From Chlamydiales bacterium (GTDB taxonomy: Bacteria > Chlamydiota > Chlamydiia > Chlamydiales > JARBTN01), in the NCBI GenBank assembly GCA_029240195.1, contig JARBTN010000005.1, forward strand, positions 1-49,377: a stretch of DNA of 49,377 bases, read 5' to 3'. The notes beneath the pieces were generated by a model. It was not told the DNA's origin. It worked only from the letters and a program-made list of their open reading frames with translations, and ran no database searches. Position numbers and translations under genes: made by a program. This document shows positions 8,298-18,800 of this stretch, piece after piece; the stretch's first letter is position 1, and each line of letters starts with the position of its first letter.

Positions 8298-10520
8298 TTA
8301 GAAAAGGAGCTTTTTCTGCTCCGCTGTCGCATACTTCATGTAATGCTCGGGCAGCTCCATCTGCAACAGCTTGAGCCATTGTTCCTCATTAAGAGTCGGG
8401 ATTAAGCAGGCTAAGCTCGGCGGGTTCATCTTTTCCAAGAGAGGCAACAGGTTGCCGTCCATGTGCTCGATGATCGGAGAGATTTGAGTGGCCAGCGCGC
8501 ATACAGCAGGATGTATGCTAGCTAGCATTTTCCCCACGTTTTCCTCCTCACCCTCTTCAAAAATGAAGCTGAGGGCGCGTTCAAAGATGACGCTCGATAG
8601 AGTCAGCTTTTCCTCCTGCATGATCTTTTCCGACATCAAAGTATGCCCATCGGCAAATGATACGTCTGAAACGACCTGGCGAATCTTCTCAGGCGATAGG
8701 AAAGGAAGAAGATAAAGCTCATTCAAAGTATTGAGAGGGCGCGTTGCCAGCTCCTGCATTTGCTGGCGATAATTGTCATAGAAGTAGTTGACATTGGATG
8801 CCTCTTTGAAAAAACTTGCTTCAAAAGAAACTTCGCTCATCTGAAAAAACTGCTCTTCCAACTCTTTAGGGAGAAGTGTCTTAGCCCATACACACTGTTG
8901 AACTTCTAAAATCAGCACCGCCCTTTGTAAATAGTCAATTTTAAACCCCAAGGCCTGAAAGACCTCTTGGGCAAGGGACTTTTCCTCAGTCTTTAAGATT
9001 TCGGTCCAGAGAGCCTTTTTGTCTCTAAGGGCATTCAATAAGGGGGGCTTTTCGGAACAGCTGCCCAATACCTCGAGCCACTGTTTTAAAGGCACCTGGT
9101 TATCAAAGAGATACCAGAGCAGGTTTTGCGGCACGCCCTGATGGCTATTTAGAGAAGTTAGCATCTGATGAATCAATTTCAGCCAAAAGGGCTGGCGATC
9201 CGAGGGCACCTGTCTGAAGTTAGAGATCGCTAAAAAGAGGGGCTGGAGCTGATCTCTTCCCTCGCTATCGACAAGAGAGGCTCCTTGGCTGATGAGCAAA
9301 GAAGCGACCCCCTCCATTTTCTTTAGTAGGGCCGATTGCAGCGCAGTCGTTTCCTGCTGATCTAGAAAGTGGAGATCGGCGCCGTGATCCAACAGCCATT
9401 TGACGGCCTCAGTCCGGTCGGTGGGGTCATCGGAGAAGTCGACGATCAGGCGGTGCAGCGGAGGGAGCCCTTTGGAATCGAAAGTGTTGACTAAGTGTGG
9501 GGAAAAGTGCTTCAAAGCCCCCGAAACTCCTTTCAAAAGGGCGATTTCCAGGGCGTCGGCATCTTGAGGGGCCCCCTTGTCGAGAAGAAGGCAGGCCGCC
9601 TCTTCAGAACGGTGATAGAGGGCCAGGTGCAGAGGTGATTGCTGTTTGGCATCGCAAATATCTAACTTTGCGCCTTTTGCCAAAAGCCAACTGATGAGCT
9701 GCACTTGGTTTTTTTGAGCAGCAAAATGCAATGGCGCGCGATCTTCCACCCTCTGATTGACAAAGTCGACGGAAAATCCCTTCTCTAAAAGCTTTTCTAA
9801 GATGCTCTCTTGGCCTAAGCAGGACGCTTGGTGGATGGCGGAGCTGACCCACCCATTGATCCTCTCGAAATAAGAAACAGGCGTATGGTCGATCAAGAGA
9901 AGCGCACAAGCCTCATGCCCGCCTGCAATGGCGCTATAGAGGGGGGTTTGCAAATCTTTATTTAAACACCAGGCCGTTGCGCCCATTTCTAAAAGAAGCT
10001 CGATGGCGGCTCGCCGCCCATTTGCCGCAGCATGGTGCAAAGGGCTCCTATCTTCTGAGTCTTGCACACTTGGCAAAACGCTCCCTTGCAGCAGAGCTTT
10101 CAACACCTGCATCAGTCCCTGACTAGCGGCCACATGGATCGGCTGCTGCCCGTTAAATTTCGCAGCCGTGAACTGCAGGAAAGGATTGCCCCCCTGCTGC
10201 AGAAAGAAAAGCGCCTCTTTCTCATTGCCAGACAAAAGGGCTCTTTCCAACCCCTGATCGGCCGATGGGTCTAAAGGCTTAAGCTGACTTTGAGCTACGC
10301 TTTCTATGAGCCCTTTTGCCGCCTCATCGCCATCAAATAAAGACCTTCTCGCCCGCTTATGGGAAGAACAAGAGACGCTTCGACGGCTTTCTAAATGTCT
10401 TTTAATGGCGGCTTCCCCCTCTCGGCTGACGCAGCTAGAGCGAGAAGGAGTGCCCCTCTGCTCCCGTTCTAAAGAAGGGGAAGGGGGGGAGATGCGATCT
10501 GGGGGAGTGGAGGGAATCAT
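8298..10520 (-). CDS. Ankyrin-repeat protein (paralog 2; expanded ANK block, C-terminally truncated relative to paralog 1)
   Basis: Many ANK repeats (QQPIHVAASQGLMQVLKALL; RSPLHHAAANGRRAAIELLLEMGA; QTPLYSAIAGGHEACALLLIDH; RAPLHFAAQKNQVQLISWLLAKGAKLD; QSPLHLALYHRSEEAACLLLDKGA; TTALQSALLKKMEGVASLLISQGASL). The family core motifs LYLLPFLSPEKI and LACLIPTLNEEQWLKLLQ are present. It ends at ...ATAEQKKLLF, 28 nt before the ATG of paralog 1. Confidence 0.85.
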   Translation of the reverse strand: MIPSTPPDRISPPSPSLEREQRGTPSRSSCVSREGEAAIKRHLESRRSVSCSSHKRARRSLFDGDEAAKGLIESVAQSQLKPLDPSADQGLERALLSGNEKEALFFLQQGGNPFLQFTAAKFNGQQPIHVAASQGLMQVLKALLQGSVLPSVQDSEDRSPLHHAAANGRRAAIELLLEMGATAWCLNKDLQTPLYSAIAGGHEACALLLIDHTPVSYFERINGWVSSAIHQASCLGQESILEKLLEKGFSVDFVNQRVEDRAPLHFAAQKNQVQLISWLLAKGAKLDICDAKQQSPLHLALYHRSEEAACLLLDKGAPQDADALEIALLKGVSGALKHFSPHLVNTFDSKGLPPLHRLIVDFSDDPTDRTEAVKWLLDHGADLHFLDQQETTALQSALLKKMEGVASLLISQGASLVDSEGRDQLQPLFLAISNFRQVPSDRQPFWLKLIHQMLTSLNSHQGVPQNLLWYLFDNQVPLKQWLEVLGSCSEKPPLLNALRDKKALWTEILKTEEKSLAQEVFQALGFKIDYLQRAVLILEVQQCVWAKTLLPKELEEQFFQMSEVSFEASFFKEASNVNYFYDNYRQQMQELATRPLNTLNELYLLPFLSPEKIRQVVSDVSFADGHTLMSEKIMQEEKLTLSSVIFERALSFIFEEGEEENVGKMLASIHPAVCALATQISPIIEHMDGNLLPLLEKMNPPSLACLIPTLNEEQWLKLLQMELPEHYMKYATAEQKKLLF

Positions 10521-10540
10521 AAAAAAGCGCTCTCTTAATT

Positions 10541-10680
10541 AGTGATTAAATATAATATATATGGCATCAATTTTAATTAAAAAAGCAATATAAGTAAATA
10601 TATTTATATTACCGCCAATTAAAATATTTACTTATACTAACTATCAATTAAAAAATTTATTCGATTCTTCAAATCTTCTG
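10541..10680 (-). promoter_or_regulatory. AT-rich promoter island upstream of paralog 2
   Basis: Very AT-rich sequence (attaaatataatatatatggcatcaattttaattaaaaaagcaatataagtaaatatatttatatt...) immediately upstream of ATG 10520 on the minus strand, with multiple TATAAT/TATATT boxes. Confidence 0.35.
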
Positions 10681-10828
10681 CCAAAACGACAGAGCTCTCG
10701 GCCACCTTTTGCCGCGTCTGGGGGCAAAGAAAGAAGCCGCCTTCCTTTTCTAAAAGCAAGTAAGAGCTCTCATCTAAATAGAGCTGTTTTTTGCCCAGGC
10801 GGAGGGCTCTGGCAAAGAGCGCTTTATC
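10637..10828 (-). pseudogene. Out-of-frame U-box relic at the 3' end of paralog 3
   Basis: This minus-strand frame is shifted relative to 10774..12444. It is open from 10828 to TAG 10637 and reads ...LRLGKKQLYLDESSYLLLEKEGGFFLCPQTRQKVAESSVVLAEDLKNRINFLIDS. That aligns with GEKRYRFDRSSLFELLKNQG of paralog 1 and with the canonical U-box second half (CP-x-T-x-Q...LK-x-x-I). It contains no start codon. Confidence 0.55.
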
Positions 10829-12444
10829 TCATCAAACCAATGCTGAATCTGCAAAAGTCCTTGTTGCAGTGGAGCCAGAGCCTCTTCAATTTTCAAAGCA
10901 AAAGACAAAGGGCACTCTTTTTCGCATAAGCCTTGTTGCAGCCGCTTCAATAAGATAGCCCCCCGGCAAAGAGGCATTAAAAAGAGGGCATGCCAATAGG
11001 ACCAAGCATCTGCAAGCTCTCGCCCCTGGCATTTCACTATTGCTTGCAAGGCGGGCATATTTTTTTGCCATAAGGCAAAGACCGGAATATGAAAGGCGAG
11101 GCCAATCTTCTCTAAAAAGAGCTCCTTTTGAGAGAGCGTCGCGTATCTTAAAAAAATCTCCTTTCCCTCCTGCCTCATCAATTCTAGCCACAATTTGTCT
11201 GGTAAAACAGGGATCAAGCAAGACAAGCTCAGAGGATCTAAAACATGGAGGTAGGCAGGCAAATGAAAGGCCACTTTCTCTAAGATTTGAGGCTCTCTCA
11301 GCGCTAGGGCAACGGCGCTTGGCAATAAGGATGCCGCCCATGCCGCGGCATCCTCTTCTTCATACAGGTAATCGCTCAAGAGGTCTTCTAGAAGGGCGCG
11401 GATGGGCATCGCTTCTCCCTCATATTGCACCCAAGCGCTCAGTCGCTGTTGAACGAGCAAATCGGGCGCTGTTTGAATGATTTCTTGAATCTCTGACGGG
11501 GAAAAGAGGGGCAAGAGATTCAAGCGCTCCTCTAAAGAAAAGGCCGAGATCACAGTCCTTTGACAAAAAAGATGCATCTCTTGGTAAAAATGGGTGCAGA
11601 GGTAGTGGCTTAAAAGGGGCGATTTAAAGAGGGAGGCTAAGACGGGGAAATGGCTGCCCGCGACGAGCGCCTCTAAAGAGGCACCATGCCGCTCTTCAAA
11701 GAGATCGCTCTCTTCCTCTTGAATGAGCGCTGCATCTTCAAGCATGGCATCTCTAATTGCTTCTAAACGCTGCTCCTCTTCAATCTGCGCTCGGACATCA
11801 ATGCCCCGCTCAATCAGCTGCTGAGTTAAAAAAGCCAAATCCTTTTTTCCATATTTTTCCCAGATCGAGCGGAAGAGAGGGCGCCCCCAATTCCATCCAT
11901 AGAAAGGAATATGCATGGGGAAAAGGCGGATCACTTCCAGATATTGGGTGTAGGGAGCGCTCCCATCGACTAGGCACCAAAGCAAATAAGTCAAAGAAGA
12001 AAAGTTCATCCGCTCCGGCTGCAGGGCTACCATCTTTTTAGCCAAAGAGAAGAGGTGAAAATGAAGGGCAAAGACCAACGCGTCCTGCCCGCCTATCGAA
12101 TCAGGCACCTCAACTCCATGATCTAATAAGGCGATGGCCAAACTTTCTTGCCCTTGAGAGATCGCTAAGCTGAAAGAGGGGGTGGCCGGGACATCTTTAA
12201 AAAGAACAACGGGCTTTCTAGTCCCTTCCACTAAAGACTCTGTTGAGAGTTGAAAAGCCCTCTGAAGAGAGCTTCCAGCGCTCTGAGATCTTTTTAGCGG
12301 CCTGGCGCGGTCGCTTAAAGCTGGGGGTTCTTTTGACTCTCCATGGTCATAAATCAGGCGGGGCAGCCCCGGGTCGGAAGATTTTCTTTCCAGTCTTCGA
12401 GCCAAGCCCATCTCTTGAGAATGAAAGACACCTATTGGACTCAT
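10774..12444 (-). CDS. Paralog 3 of the ANK/U-box family (few or no ANK repeats; ends just before the U-box position)
   Basis: Shares LNLLPLFSPSEIQEII, LSLSCLIPVLPDKLWLELMRQEGKEIFLRYATLSQKELFLEKIGLA and ...IQHWFDEIK with paralog 1 (LYLLPFLPPSDICKVI; VISCLIPALSEKVWLNLMQEEGSEAYLTVATAHQKDLFLEKIGLG; IEHWLKKTEK). The N-terminal leader contains PLKRSQS. Confidence 0.75.
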   Translation of the reverse strand: MSPIGVFHSQEMGLARRLERKSSDPGLPRLIYDHGESKEPPALSDRARPLKRSQSAGSSLQRAFQLSTESLVEGTRKPVVLFKDVPATPSFSLAISQGQESLAIALLDHGVEVPDSIGGQDALVFALHFHLFSLAKKMVALQPERMNFSSLTYLLWCLVDGSAPYTQYLEVIRLFPMHIPFYGWNWGRPLFRSIWEKYGKKDLAFLTQQLIERGIDVRAQIEEEQRLEAIRDAMLEDAALIQEEESDLFEERHGASLEALVAGSHFPVLASLFKSPLLSHYLCTHFYQEMHLFCQRTVISAFSLEERLNLLPLFSPSEIQEIIQTAPDLLVQQRLSAWVQYEGEAMPIRALLEDLLSDYLYEEEDAAAWAASLLPSAVALALREPQILEKVAFHLPAYLHVLDPLSLSCLIPVLPDKLWLELMRQEGKEIFLRYATLSQKELFLEKIGLAFHIPVFALWQKNMPALQAIVKCQGRELADAWSYWHALFLMPLCRGAILLKRLQQGLCEKECPLSFALKIEEALAPLQQGLLQIQHWFDEIKRSLPEPSAWAKNSSI

Positions 12445-12560
12445 TTAAAAACTCATTTAATAGATATTTTTACAAAAAATAAATAAATTATAAACAAAGA
12501 GCTAATTTTTAAAAAGAAATATATTTAAACATATCTCATTCAATTTCAAATAGAGGAAGC
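12445..12560 (-). promoter_or_regulatory. AT-rich promoter island upstream of paralog 3 (shared intergenic with the giant ORF)
   Basis: AT-rich stretch (ttaaaaactcatttaatagatatttttacaaaaaataaataaattataaacaaagagctaatttttaaaaagaaatatattt...) directly upstream of ATG 12444. Confidence 0.3.
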
Positions 12561-12830
12561 AAAACGTTGCAGGCCTTTTGTTCAATCATGCTCAATTGTC
12601 AAAGGGGCAGGGCCTGACAGCCCTTTTGCGGAAGGGGTTCTTTTTTTTGCAGCTTAAAAAGGCCGTTGAGGATGAACGGTTAAGGCACATAAACAGGAGC
12701 TCCCGGCAAAAAAAAAGCGCACAATCTGCTACAAATTTAAATTTTAATTTGTTATCTAGAAGAGTTTGCCACTCTCGCGCTTTCTTTTTAGAGGGGCGGA
12801 CAATTAACTTGAATCCAAGGTCCTGCTGAC

Positions 12831-15800
12831 GTGAACGTTTTACGCACTCTTTTATTCGTTTTTAGCTTACTGCAAGGCGCTGTCTGCTTCGGGGCAGAAG
12901 GAGCCAAAACGACGGCCGTACTCTCTTCTCCCTTTCAGATCTATCCGGCTAAGGAGCCGATTCGGATCAAGACAAAGGAAGACTGCATCTATACGCATGT
13001 GGTCGGCAGCGAGCCAGATTGGCACTTGGGCAATTTAAGAAAGGAAACGTGGCGCTCCGCACCGGAAACGGGGGATGGGCAAGATCATGTCTACTTCCGC
13101 TCTGGCTCTCAAGGCTACCACTATGTAGAAGAGACGCGGCTCAAAGGAGCTTTGAGCTTATCTTTTGAAGGATTTGTCCCTCCCTCCATCCATGTGACCA
13201 TTTTAAAGCAGCACGTCCTCTATTTAGAGCAATCTTTCACGCAAGACGAAGTGCGGCAGATGGCGCCGATTCATCTGCCCCTCGGCTCCTATGACCTGAT
13301 GGTGGCAGCGCCCGGCTGTGAGATCAAAGGCCCGATCCCCTTTACCCTCAGCAAAGAGACCAGCCACTTGCAGCTGCCCTTGTCTTTTCAAGAGCGACTT
13401 GGCTTTTTAGATGTGCAATTTTCCCCTTCCGATATCACAGAGGGAAGAATTGCCAAACTGCGCGCGCTCGATGTCAAAGGCAACCGGCAAATTTACGAAA
13501 AAGAGATTTTAATCGGCAAGCAGCCGATCGATTTGAGAGAAGGCTATTACACGCTAGAGCTGCCGCAAATTGCCGGCTATGAGCTCGCTTCCGGTTCAAA
13601 GGTGGTGGGGCGCTTTTTCATTGAAGCTGGCAAGACCTATCACATCGAAGGCTTATATGAAAAGCGCAAAGGCTTTTTAGAGGTGCAACTGAAGACTGAT
13701 CCACGCCTTTTAGAGCATTTGGCCGATGCTGAGGTCACCTTGCAAGAAGAGGCTGGGGAAAAAGTATTTCGCCCGGTCAATATCTTAAAAGGACAGGGCA
13801 GCTTTAAGGCCTATTTTCAAGGAGTCGCTCCCGGCAACTATGAGATTTTAGTCGAGTCGCTCAATCCCGCTTTGAAAGCTCTCACCCGCCAGCCCGTGTC
13901 CATCAAAAGCGCCCAGACCTCTAAAAGCGATGTCTATCTAGCGCCGCGCTTTGGCCAAATTGAATTAAATATCCGCTTTCCTGGAGATGAAGGGCGCTAT
14001 GTCGGCAAAGAGATCGCCTTTGGCAAAGACTCTCTCGTACAAGTAATTGATGAAGCGGGGCAGATTGCCTTTAAAACAAATGACTTGCAGGCGCGCGCCG
14101 AAGGGCTATTGCCCGGCAAATACACTGTCGTCTTCAAGGAGATCAAAAGCTTTGAGACGCCAGCCTCCATTTCGGTCGAGCTCTCTCCTGACGAAGTGTA
14201 CGGACCTCTCTTTGCTGATTACGAACGGGGCAAGGGCTCTTTGCAGTTGACTTTGCGGGCTAAAGTGCCGGAAGGGCTGCTCGATGGGATGAAGCTTTCC
14301 TTGACCAAGCGAGCGCAGGAAAAGAAAGTGTTTTTCCGCAAGAGCCTATCGCTTAAGAAAATAGGCAGCGAAGAGGCCGCAGACTGGCAGCTTGTATTAA
14401 ATGACATCGCCGCCGGCGAATACCTGTTGGAGCTGGAGTTTTCCGGATCTCCCTTCTCCCCCGTATCTCCCCTACCTTTGACCATACTCAAGGGCAAGCT
14501 TCAAGAAAAGGAGCTGCGCCTCTACCCTCTTACCGGCAAAATTGAGGCCACCGCCAAATTGCCAGAAGGGTATAGCGGCCCCAAACCGCTCTTGACTTTA
14601 AAAGACGAGCAAGGGATCACAGTCGCCTCCGAAGAGGGGCGCCTTACCGCCGATTTTCTGCCGAGCGGCAACTATGAGGTGCATTATAGCGCCCTAGAAG
14701 CTTTAGAAGAGCCCAAACCCTTGCGCATCCATCTCCCGCCAAAAGGCAACTTAGGGCCCTTGGCCGGCACTTATGCAGCTGCTAAGGGGCAGATTGAAAT
14801 CAGCTACTTTGGCGACTGTGAGCGCGAGCGTTTTGAAAGGATTCGCTTTTGGCTGATCAACGAGCGCAATCAACGGCAGCTTTATCCCAAAGGGCAGCTC
14901 AAACCCAAATTTTCCCAAGAAGGAAAGCGGTGCTTCAATCGGCTGCATATCGATGACTTGACCGTCGGCACCTACCAAATTGAATTCTTAGTGCCCAACA
15001 GCGACGGCCTGATCTTACCAATTCCTCCTAGACAAGTGCACGTGATGAAAGGTGAGACGGCGCGCCTCGAAGTGCCCATTGCCTGCAACTTTGCCAAACT
15101 CCAATTACAAGTGAGCAAAGAGCGGCTGTCCGAACGGCTGAAAGAATCTGCCGCCCTTCAGCAAGAGCCTTCGATGAAAGTGGTTCATGAGCAAGGAGAA
15201 GCTTTCTTGCATAAAGGGACCGATCTATTCAGCTTAGAGACGTTAAAGCCCGGCACATACAAGATCGAGTTTCTCCCCTTGCAGGGCTACCGCCAGCCCG
15301 ATCCGTTGGTGATCAAACTGCACCCAGGCGATGCCCAGCAATACTTAGACAACCGCTACACCCTCATCGAAGGATCAGCCCAGATTTCTTTGTCATCGAG
15401 CTTTAAGATGAAAGAGCTCCAAGCGCTGATCGTGCGCCTAAAGAACGAAGAGACGCAAGAGACATTTGCTCCCGACCGGCAAGAAGGGCTGGAGCTGGAG
15501 ACGAACCTGACGTTTAGCCGCTTGAAGCCAGGCGTCTATTCTCCGGAATTCATCAACAGCGAGCTATCTCCCTTCCAAAATGATGTCAGCTTCGACTCCA
15601 TCGAAGTGTTTCCCGGCAAAAAAGGATATGGGCGCTACTTCCTGCCGCTCAAGACGGGCGCGCTAGAGGTCAAATTAGATGTGCCCTCTTTCTTTACTGA
15701 AAAGGGGCTTTATCCCCATACCAAGCTGAAAAAACAAGGCTTGCTCGTCGCCAGCTCCGAAGGAGATCGCCTGGCTTTAAAAGCTTTAGAACCTGGAGAA

Positions 15801-18800
15801 TATGAAATATCATTTAGCCCCCTCAAGGGGATTAAAGAGGCGCTGCCCATCCGCGTCACCGTGCTGCCCGGCAAAAAGCTCACCGTCGGCCCTGTTCATT
15901 TTGAGCGGGCAAAAGGGGGGCTGGCCATTTCCTACCAGGTTCCCAAAAACCCTGAGCTGCTGAGCGAAATTTCCTTAAGCGTCGTCGACCAGCAAGATCA
16001 CGTGGTCCTGACAGATCAGCAGACCAAACAGCGCACTTTGATGGAAGGGGGCGCGAAAACCTGCCGCCTAGACGATCTCTTTGTCGATGATTATAAGTTG
16101 GCCTTTGACTTTGGCAAATACCAGCATCTATTTGCTGAACCTCATGAGCTTTTGGTTGCTGTCGAAGGGGGCCAAGTTAAGGCTATCCAGCAGACATTCA
16201 CTCCCCTCTACGGCTCTTTAGAGATTGCTGTGAAGGCGCAAGGATCGCACCATTTCACCAAATGGCCAAAGATCCAGGTTAAAAACGACAAAGGCAAAGT
16301 GGTTGCCACTGCCGAGAGCGGGCAGCTTTACTTAGAAGAGGTGCTTCCCGGCCGCTATCAAATTTTCTTTGAGTCGCTGAAAGGGTTTTCCACTCCGCGC
16401 CCTGTCTGGGTGGAAGTGCAGTCTCTAGCAAAGAGCGCTCCGGTCATCGGCCTCTATGAAAAAGCAAAGGGGAAGCTGGTCTTGCGCTATTCGGCGCCCG
16501 TTCCAGAAGCTATTTTGGAAAAGACGGTCTGTACGCTAAAGAATAAAAGCGGGTTTTCCTTCACCTCATCAGAGAGCGGCGGATTATCTGTCGAACAAAA
16601 GACCTGCTGGAATCGGGTGGAGATCAACGACCTGGCCCCGGGAGAATATGAACTCAGCTTTGCCTATCCGCCAGTTCCCCATTTCTTTGATGAAACTAAA
16701 AAGGTAAAAGTCGACATTGCTGGCGATGAGACGGCTGTGTTCGATCAATTGCTCGAGCCTAAGTTTAGCGCCGTCGACGTCAAAGTCACTCTCCCTCCGG
16801 CCCTTTTAAAAGAGGCTTGGAGACCGAGCATCTACTTAAAAGATGAGTTTGGACAAATTGTCGCCAAAGTTGCCGACTTGCGCCTTCGAGAAAATGCGCT
16901 CATTCCAGGCCGCTACGAAATCCACTTTGAAAGCCGCCCTGGGCTAAAACCACTGGCTCCCATCCACCTCTCTTTAAAGCCGGGGCAAAGGGAAGCCTTT
17001 GCCGTCTCTTATGCGTCGCGCCTTGGCAACTTGGTGCTGCGCTACGAGTGCGAGATGGGGCGCCTCTTCCTAGATCAGGTGAAGTTCACCCTCTCCTCGA
17101 TAGATGGCCGCACCTACACAATGCCAAGCTCTCAATACCCTGTAGAGCGAATCGATGCGCTCAAGCGGGAGATCAATCTGCGCAATGTGCCAGAAGGGAC
17201 TTACACCTTAGAATACACTCTCCCCTCCTATCAGGGGCTATTCTCTGAAAAAGAGAGCAAGCAAGTGCGCATCAATGATGGCGAAACGAGCGTGCTGCTC
17301 GAATCGTTCCAGCCCATGTGGGCCGGCATTGAAGTGAAGAGCCAAGTGAATCGCCTGCAAAGCGAGCGCAAGCCAAAGATCTTCCTTAAGAAAAAAACGG
17401 GCGAGCTGGTGGCCTTTTCAGACACGCTCTATCTAAAAAATGAAAAGCTCTATCCCGGCAGCTACATCGTTTCCTTTGAAGATACGCTCAATGCCGAAAC
17501 TCCAGAGGCGCTGCAAGTCGAGCTCGTCGCGGGCAAGGTGCAGGGTCCGTTCTCTGTCGAATACCGCCAAGGCAGGGGCGATCTCGTTGTGCGCTACGAC
17601 ATTGGCCACGCCCATCCCGTGATCGATGAGATACAAGGCGTCTTGAAGAGCGAAGATGGAGAGGAGTGGCACTGGCCCTCAGCCAACTTGCCCGTCTCCC
17701 AAGGAGCGGCGCCAAGCGAGCGCGAAGTGCAATTTAAAGGGCTCAAAGCGGGCTACTACCGCATGCAGCTCTTTTTTCCAGAAGTGGAGCAGCTATTTCC
17801 CTCGTTTGTGGAAAAGAGCATTGAAATCAACCAGCGGGAAGTCAGCGTCTTAGAGGAAAAAATTGAGCTCAACTGGGCAGCGCTGCAGGCGGTCGCGCGC
17901 TTAGCCGACGCCCCGCAAAAAGTGTCCTTTTCCCTACAAAATGATAAAGGAGACACGATATTTTCTAAAGACGGCGTCATCCGCGAAGATCATCTGCCCC
18001 CTGGTAAGTACCGCCTCAGCTATGAGCCGGTGAACGGCTACATCACGCCAAAGCCCTTAGAGTTTCATCTCGGCCCCAAAGAGCATTTCAAAGCCATGGA
18101 CGTCGTCTATGCTAGAGCTCGGGGGTCGCTCTCTGTCCTCTACCAGACAGATGAAAAAGGGTCTTTCCTGCCAGAAATTGCTCTGCAGCTCAAAGACAGC
18201 CAAGGCCGAGAATACCCGCTCACCTCATCTGGCCCGCTGCTCGAAGGCAAATGGAAGAAAGCTTCTTTAGAAGATTTGGAGCCTGGCACCTATGAGCTCA
18301 CTTTCCAAACGCCCAAGATAGACGGACTTTTTGACTTGAGTGTGGAGAAGGTCAAGATTGAGCACGATAAGATGAGCCTCATCAAAAAAGCGCTGCCGCC
18401 TCATTTTGCCACCCTCTCTTTAAAGGTCAAGCTGGCCCATCTCGAAAACGAGGAAACTGAGCCGCCCTTCATCGAGCTCAAAAATGAGCAAGGGGAGACC
18501 ATTGCGGCAGAGAGCTTTGACCTGCTAAAAAGCGATCTGATTCCTGGCCGCTATCAAGCGGTGTTTTCTAAAGTTTCGGGCTGGCAGGCGCCGGAGCCTC
18601 TCTTCATCGAGCTGGCGGGAAAAGAATTTAAAAAGATCGATGTGACCTATCAGCGTCTCTTTGGCTCTTGCAAAGTGCAGGCCAAGATGCGCTCGAGCGC
18701 CCATTTGCTCGGTCAAATCAACCCCAAACTCGAATCTGAGGCAAACGGCCTCTTCTACCCCACACAAATCAGCGACACCACCTCTCTCAAGAGCTGGGTC

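Noticed and set aside
10886-11480. ORFs of 151 aa (-) and 146 aa (+) inside paralog 3.
   Set aside because: They are embedded in a CDS whose translation aligns to two paralogs, and have off-frame composition.
12578-12829. 83-aa ORF in the intergenic region upstream of the giant gene.
   Set aside because: It has a non-ATG start, basic low-complexity sequence, no Shine-Dalgarno, and it ends one base before the GTG of the giant ORF. It is more likely 5' UTR or promoter DNA.
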